A program made the translations under genes and the position numbers. A DNA stretch of 64,000 nucleotides from Gemmatimonadaceae bacterium. Lineage in GTDB: Bacteria > Gemmatimonadota > Gemmatimonadetes > Gemmatimonadales > Gemmatimonadaceae. Positions 60,922 to 64,000 of this stretch are shown here, piece after piece. The notes beneath the pieces are model-generated. The model was not told the origin of the DNA, ran no database searches, and saw nothing but the letters and a program-made list of their open reading frames with translations. Numbering within the stretch: the stretch's first letter is position 1; each line of letters begins with the position of its first letter. Location: positions 9,986-73,985 of the forward strand of contig JANRJP010000096.1 in NCBI GenBank assembly GCA_033763905.1. The letters run 5' to 3'.

Positions 60922-60976
60922 GGCGCCGCTCTCCCTTGCCGCTTGCACCAGAGTGTCCCGCTGACTTTGTCGCGCG

Positions 60977-63211
60977 CTATCCGGAGAGCACGCGCTCCAC
61001 GGCTATTTCGCTGCCCCGCCCAGCCAGAAACGCGCGCGCCTTTTCGACCGCGAGTCCCCACTCGTCCCGGCGGCCGGGATACGACTTCTCCACGCAATAG
61101 ATCACGACGGCCGTGATGAGCACTGCGTCGTCGTACTCTGCCGCAACGGCGTCCACGCGGTCGATGATTGGCCCGACGAGCGCGGCCAGCGTCGGGCTGC
61201 GACCAAATGAACCGTCGGCACGTTGCGTCATCAACACCGCCAGCAACACGTCGTTGCGCTCGCGATCTGCAGCCCGGCGCGCTGCCTGTTGACGGGCCGC
61301 CTCTGCCTTCGGCACCTGAGTCGGTTCAGTTACCCGGTGAGACGCGCGCATAGAGGCCGCCGGTGCCGTTGGTAAGGCGAAACTCATGTGTGCCCGGCTC
61401 AGCGTCGCCTGCTGCCAGAACAGGTCGCGCCCCCCGTTTCGCGTTCCCCCCCAGCCCTTCGTCCATCCAATCGGGATCTTGCGCAGCGCAGCTGGCGCCG
61501 TCGTCTGTTCCCCCTGCGCGCGCTCCGCCACGACCACGTAGCTTGCGGCGCTTGACACCAGTCCATAGCGCTGGCCGAGTTCGACGAGCTGCGCCTCGCG
61601 CCGCGTATCGCGCTCGGGGCGCCGCTGCGCTGAGCCGCGCGGCGTGGCGCCATCCTCGAGCTCGCGAATTCGCTCGCGCGCCCAGAGCGTGGGCAACGGC
61701 CCGCCAACCACCGCTTGCGCGAAGTCGAGCGGCACGGTGTAGCGCTGCGCGCCGACGAGCAAGGAAACCTCGCGTGGCGACCCGGAGGCGATCCGGGCTA
61801 GCACGGTGCACACGTCACCGGTGTAGAGAATCTGCGGTCGGCGGGGGGCCATCTCGGCCGTCACGCCCCAATCGATCGTCACTTCACCGATCGCACGCGA
61901 ACGGACCCGGGCGAAGGTGCGCATGACCTTCGGCTCAAGGCGCTCCCCCGGCGCGATCATCTCGGCGCCCCCCCCGGTCACGCGGGCGAGGCTGCGCACG
62001 AGATGCTCGCTGGGCGCATTGCCAATGCCGAAGGTGAACATGCGCGCGTGCGTCGCATGTGCGTGGGCAAGCGCAATGACTTCGTCCTCGTTCGAAACCT
62101 GTCCATCCGTGAGGAGGATGACGCGCAACTCACGCTTCCGCCCCAGAATCGTTTCGAGGGGCGCGAGCATTTCAGTGCCGCCGAGATCCGCCGAGACGCC
62201 GGCGATGTACTGGCTCGCCTCGTCGAGGTTCTGCTGCGTAAAGGGTCGCGGCGCGCCCCACATCGATTCGTAGGTGGAACCGAAGCGCACCACGTCGAAG
62301 CGGTCGTTTGGAGTGAGGGCGCGAATGCACAACTGCAGCGCGCGCTCCGCTTCGTCGATCGACGACCCTTGCATGGAGCCAGAGCAATCGAGCAGAAACA
62401 CCACGTCGAGGCCCCGGTCGTCCTTCTCCACGGTCGGCATGAACGTGATCATCGCGACGTGACTGCCATCGTCCTCGCGGGCCACGATTGCGCCGGGCCG
62501 GCCGGCGTCGCGTGGCGTCACCAGCACCACGACGTCGCGATCAAGCGCCGCGTTGTCTTGCGACAGCTCGATCTGGGCGCCGGAGTCGCACAACGTCGTG
62601 CGAATCGGATGTGAAGGTGACTCAATGCCCGCGAGGGGCCCGCCGAGGGCAATGTCCAGGGACAGCGCGAGACCGTACGGGACGCTGGGCCACCGCTCGG
62701 GATTCACGCGCTCGCCATCGGACTGCCCCGCTGCCAGCGGCTGATGACCCGGCACATAGCGCGGGGACACAGTTGTTGGGATCGAGACCCGAATGGCATC
62801 ACCCTCGCGCCGCGCGAGCGCGACATATCGGATCTGCAGTTCAATGCGCTCGCCCGGCTTGATGCTGCCAACCGAGGCGGTAAAAACGTCGGATCGCTCT
62901 TGGTCGAGCAGCATAGCGGCATGCCCATCGATCAACGCATCGTCGTATACCGCGAAGGCCTTCTCGCGCTCTTCGACCCGACCTCGCACCACCCGACCAT
63001 CGATGAGTGCGGCAAAGCCGCACACGGCGGCCCCCTCCTCCAAGGGAAAGACGTACACCGCTTCGATAGGGACCGTCTCGGCATTGCAGAAGCGCTGCGT
63101 CACGGTCACATCGAGTCCGGTGCCTCGCAGCGTGGCATCGACCCGCACGCCCTCGAGGGCGACGACGCGCCCTTTGGCGATCAGCTGGGCATGCTGCGGC
63201 GTTGGGCTCAT
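60977..63211 (-). CDS. VIT + vWA domain protein (VWA5A/inter-alpha-trypsin-inhibitor-like)
   Basis: VIT motifs (QRFCN...IEAVYVFPL, FTASVGSI), MIDAS DCSGSM, GGTE, LTDG, FTFGIG; start at ATG 63211 with ATGA overlap. Confidence 0.9.
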   Translation of the reverse strand: MSPTPQHAQLIAKGRVVALEGVRVDATLRGTGLDVTVTQRFCNAETVPIEAVYVFPLEEGAAVCGFAALIDGRVVRGRVEEREKAFAVYDDALIDGHAAMLLDQERSDVFTASVGSIKPGERIELQIRYVALARREGDAIRVSIPTTVSPRYVPGHQPLAAGQSDGERVNPERWPSVPYGLALSLDIALGGPLAGIESPSHPIRTTLCDSGAQIELSQDNAALDRDVVVLVTPRDAGRPGAIVAREDDGSHVAMITFMPTVEKDDRGLDVVFLLDCSGSMQGSSIDEAERALQLCIRALTPNDRFDVVRFGSTYESMWGAPRPFTQQNLDEASQYIAGVSADLGGTEMLAPLETILGRKRELRVILLTDGQVSNEDEVIALAHAHATHARMFTFGIGNAPSEHLVRSLARVTGGGAEMIAPGERLEPKVMRTFARVRSRAIGEVTIDWGVTAEMAPRRPQILYTGDVCTVLARIASGSPREVSLLVGAQRYTVPLDFAQAVVGGPLPTLWARERIRELEDGATPRGSAQRRPERDTRREAQLVELGQRYGLVSSAASYVVVAERAQGEQTTAPAALRKIPIGWTKGWGGTRNGGRDLFWQQATLSRAHMSFALPTAPAASMRASHRVTEPTQVPKAEAARQQAARRAADRERNDVLLAVLMTQRADGSFGRSPTLAALVGPIIDRVDAVAAEYDDAVLITAVVIYCVEKSYPGRRDEWGLAVEKARAFLAGRGSEIAVERVLSG

Positions 63212-63636
63212 CGGTCGGTCTCCTTGAGGACGGTATGAAGCGCTTCGATCAGTCGCTGCAATGAGCGCGGCTCGAGTCGCCGGCCCCGAACTAGCAGCTC
63301 GACGTCGTCGTCGAGCATCACTTTCGTCCACGTGGACTGTCGTGGCGCGCGCGGTTCCGGCATCGGGCGCATCGCGACGCCGCCGTCGTCGGCGGAGTAC
63401 TCGTCGATGATCTCGCTGAGCGGTACACCTCCCTCCTGCAGATCGCGCACCTGGATCAGGCGCTCGAGATGCTCAGTGGAGTAGTGCTTGCCGCGGCCGA
63501 GGCCAAGGGGCGCCGGGAGGAGGCCGCGCTGCACGTAGTAGCGGACAGTGCGCCGCGACACTCCGGCGAGATCAGCCAACTCATCGATGCCATATCGACG
63601 GTCGTCAGTTGTGGGCACGGCATAATATGACACCAT
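63208..63636 (-). CDS. MerR-like HTH regulator
   Basis: YGIDELADLAGVSRRTVRYYVQRGLLP...Y...HLERL; start may be GTG at 63618. Confidence 0.88.
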   Translation of the reverse strand: MVSYYAVPTTDDRRYGIDELADLAGVSRRTVRYYVQRGLLPAPLGLGRGKHYSTEHLERLIQVRDLQEGGVPLSEIIDEYSADDGGVAMRPMPEPRAPRQSTWTKVMLDDDVELLVRGRRLEPRSLQRLIEALHTVLKETDR

Positions 63637-63657
63637 TTACTGACACCGCAAGTGTCA
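63628..63657. promoter_or_regulatory. Three TGACAC boxes (two direct, one inverted) at the merR-like promoter
   Basis: TGACACC at 63628 and 63641, GTGTCA at 63652; overlaps a minus-strand TTGCGG-N18-TATTAT. Confidence 0.6.
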
Positions 63658-63826
63658 CATTTCCGAACTGGCCCGGCCCATGCCTGTGGCGTCTTCGCAT
63701 CGCGGCGCACTTGGCGCCGAGTGACCTGCGACCCGAAGCTGAGCCGCGCTGACGGTGTGGCGAGCGTCGCCTCGCAATCCAGCGCGGCCCGCAGACAGCA
63801 CGGTCTGCCCCGTCCGCAAAAGAAAA

Positions 63827-63857
63827 GCGCAACTCGCTGACCTACAACGAGTTGCGC
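63827..63857 (-). terminator. Terminator hairpin downstream of the intact tRNA (copy 3)
   Basis: GCGCAACTCG...CGAGTTGCGC followed by TTTTCTTTT on the minus strand. Confidence 0.75.
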
Positions 63858-63860
63858 CAA

Positions 63861-63934
63861 TCGGGACGGCGGGATTCGAACCCGCGACCCCCTGAACCCC
63901 ATTCAGGTGCGCTACCGGGCTGCGCTACGTCCCG
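63861..63934 (-). tRNA. tRNA-Pro(GGG), CCA not encoded
   Basis: Reverse complement folds as a cloverleaf: acceptor CGGGACG/CGTCCCG, anticodon stem CCTGA/TCAGG with loop ATGGGGT, T-loop GGTTCGAATCC. Confidence 0.97.
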
Positions 63935-64000
63935 TACCGTCAGCCAATGACGCGCTAACGGGACAGACCGATGAATCTAGTCCACCCGCACCCCGCAAAC

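Larger units (their letters stand above)
60755..63860. mobile_element. Integrated unit 2 (3,106 bp), two cargo genes, no integrase
   Basis: Lies between the att copy at 60755 and the intact tRNA; left end homologous to the left end of unit 1. Confidence 0.85.

Noticed and set aside
49369..63906. Triple 44-46 bp repeat as a CRISPR array or three tRNA genes
   Set aside because: Spacing is kilobases, there are no cas genes, and two copies lack the tRNA 5' part.
63945..63965. Leader segment complementary to the tRNA 5' end (GTCCCG)
   Set aside because: Six-base match, likely chance.

Overview
High-GC bacterial chromosomal window, probably Gemmatimonadota (inferred from gene repertoire and codon style, not from a marker gene). 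Bases 1-49.3 kb are densely coding: two VPS10/BNR-repeat proteins, four histidine-kinase-type sensors, two MCP chemoreceptors with sigma28-like promoters, a copZ-copA-csoR copper module with a visible operator, a photolyase-renalase fusion, transporters and hydrolases. Bases 49.3-63.9 kb are an accessory region ending at an intact minus-strand tRNA-Pro(GGG) (63861-63934). The 3' 44-46 bp of this tRNA, plus a similar terminator hairpin, recur at 49369 and 60755. These repeats define two tandem integrated units of 11,386 bp and 3,106 bp. The units have homologous ends (a 28-bp motif and 12-bp tandem arm-like repeats at matching spacing), and neither encodes a recognisable integrase, so they look like a tRNA-anchored array of non-autonomous cassettes. 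Unit 1 carries a TetR-linked ABC/MFP/TolC exporter, three CxxC-less thioredoxin-like proteins, a MarR/hydrolase pair and decaying genes. Unit 2 carries only a MerR-like HTH gene and a VIT-vWA gene. The second standout is a pair of adjacent paralogous sensor kinases with complementary catalytic defects. All family calls come from recognising motifs by eye; no searches were run, and several start codons are best estimates.
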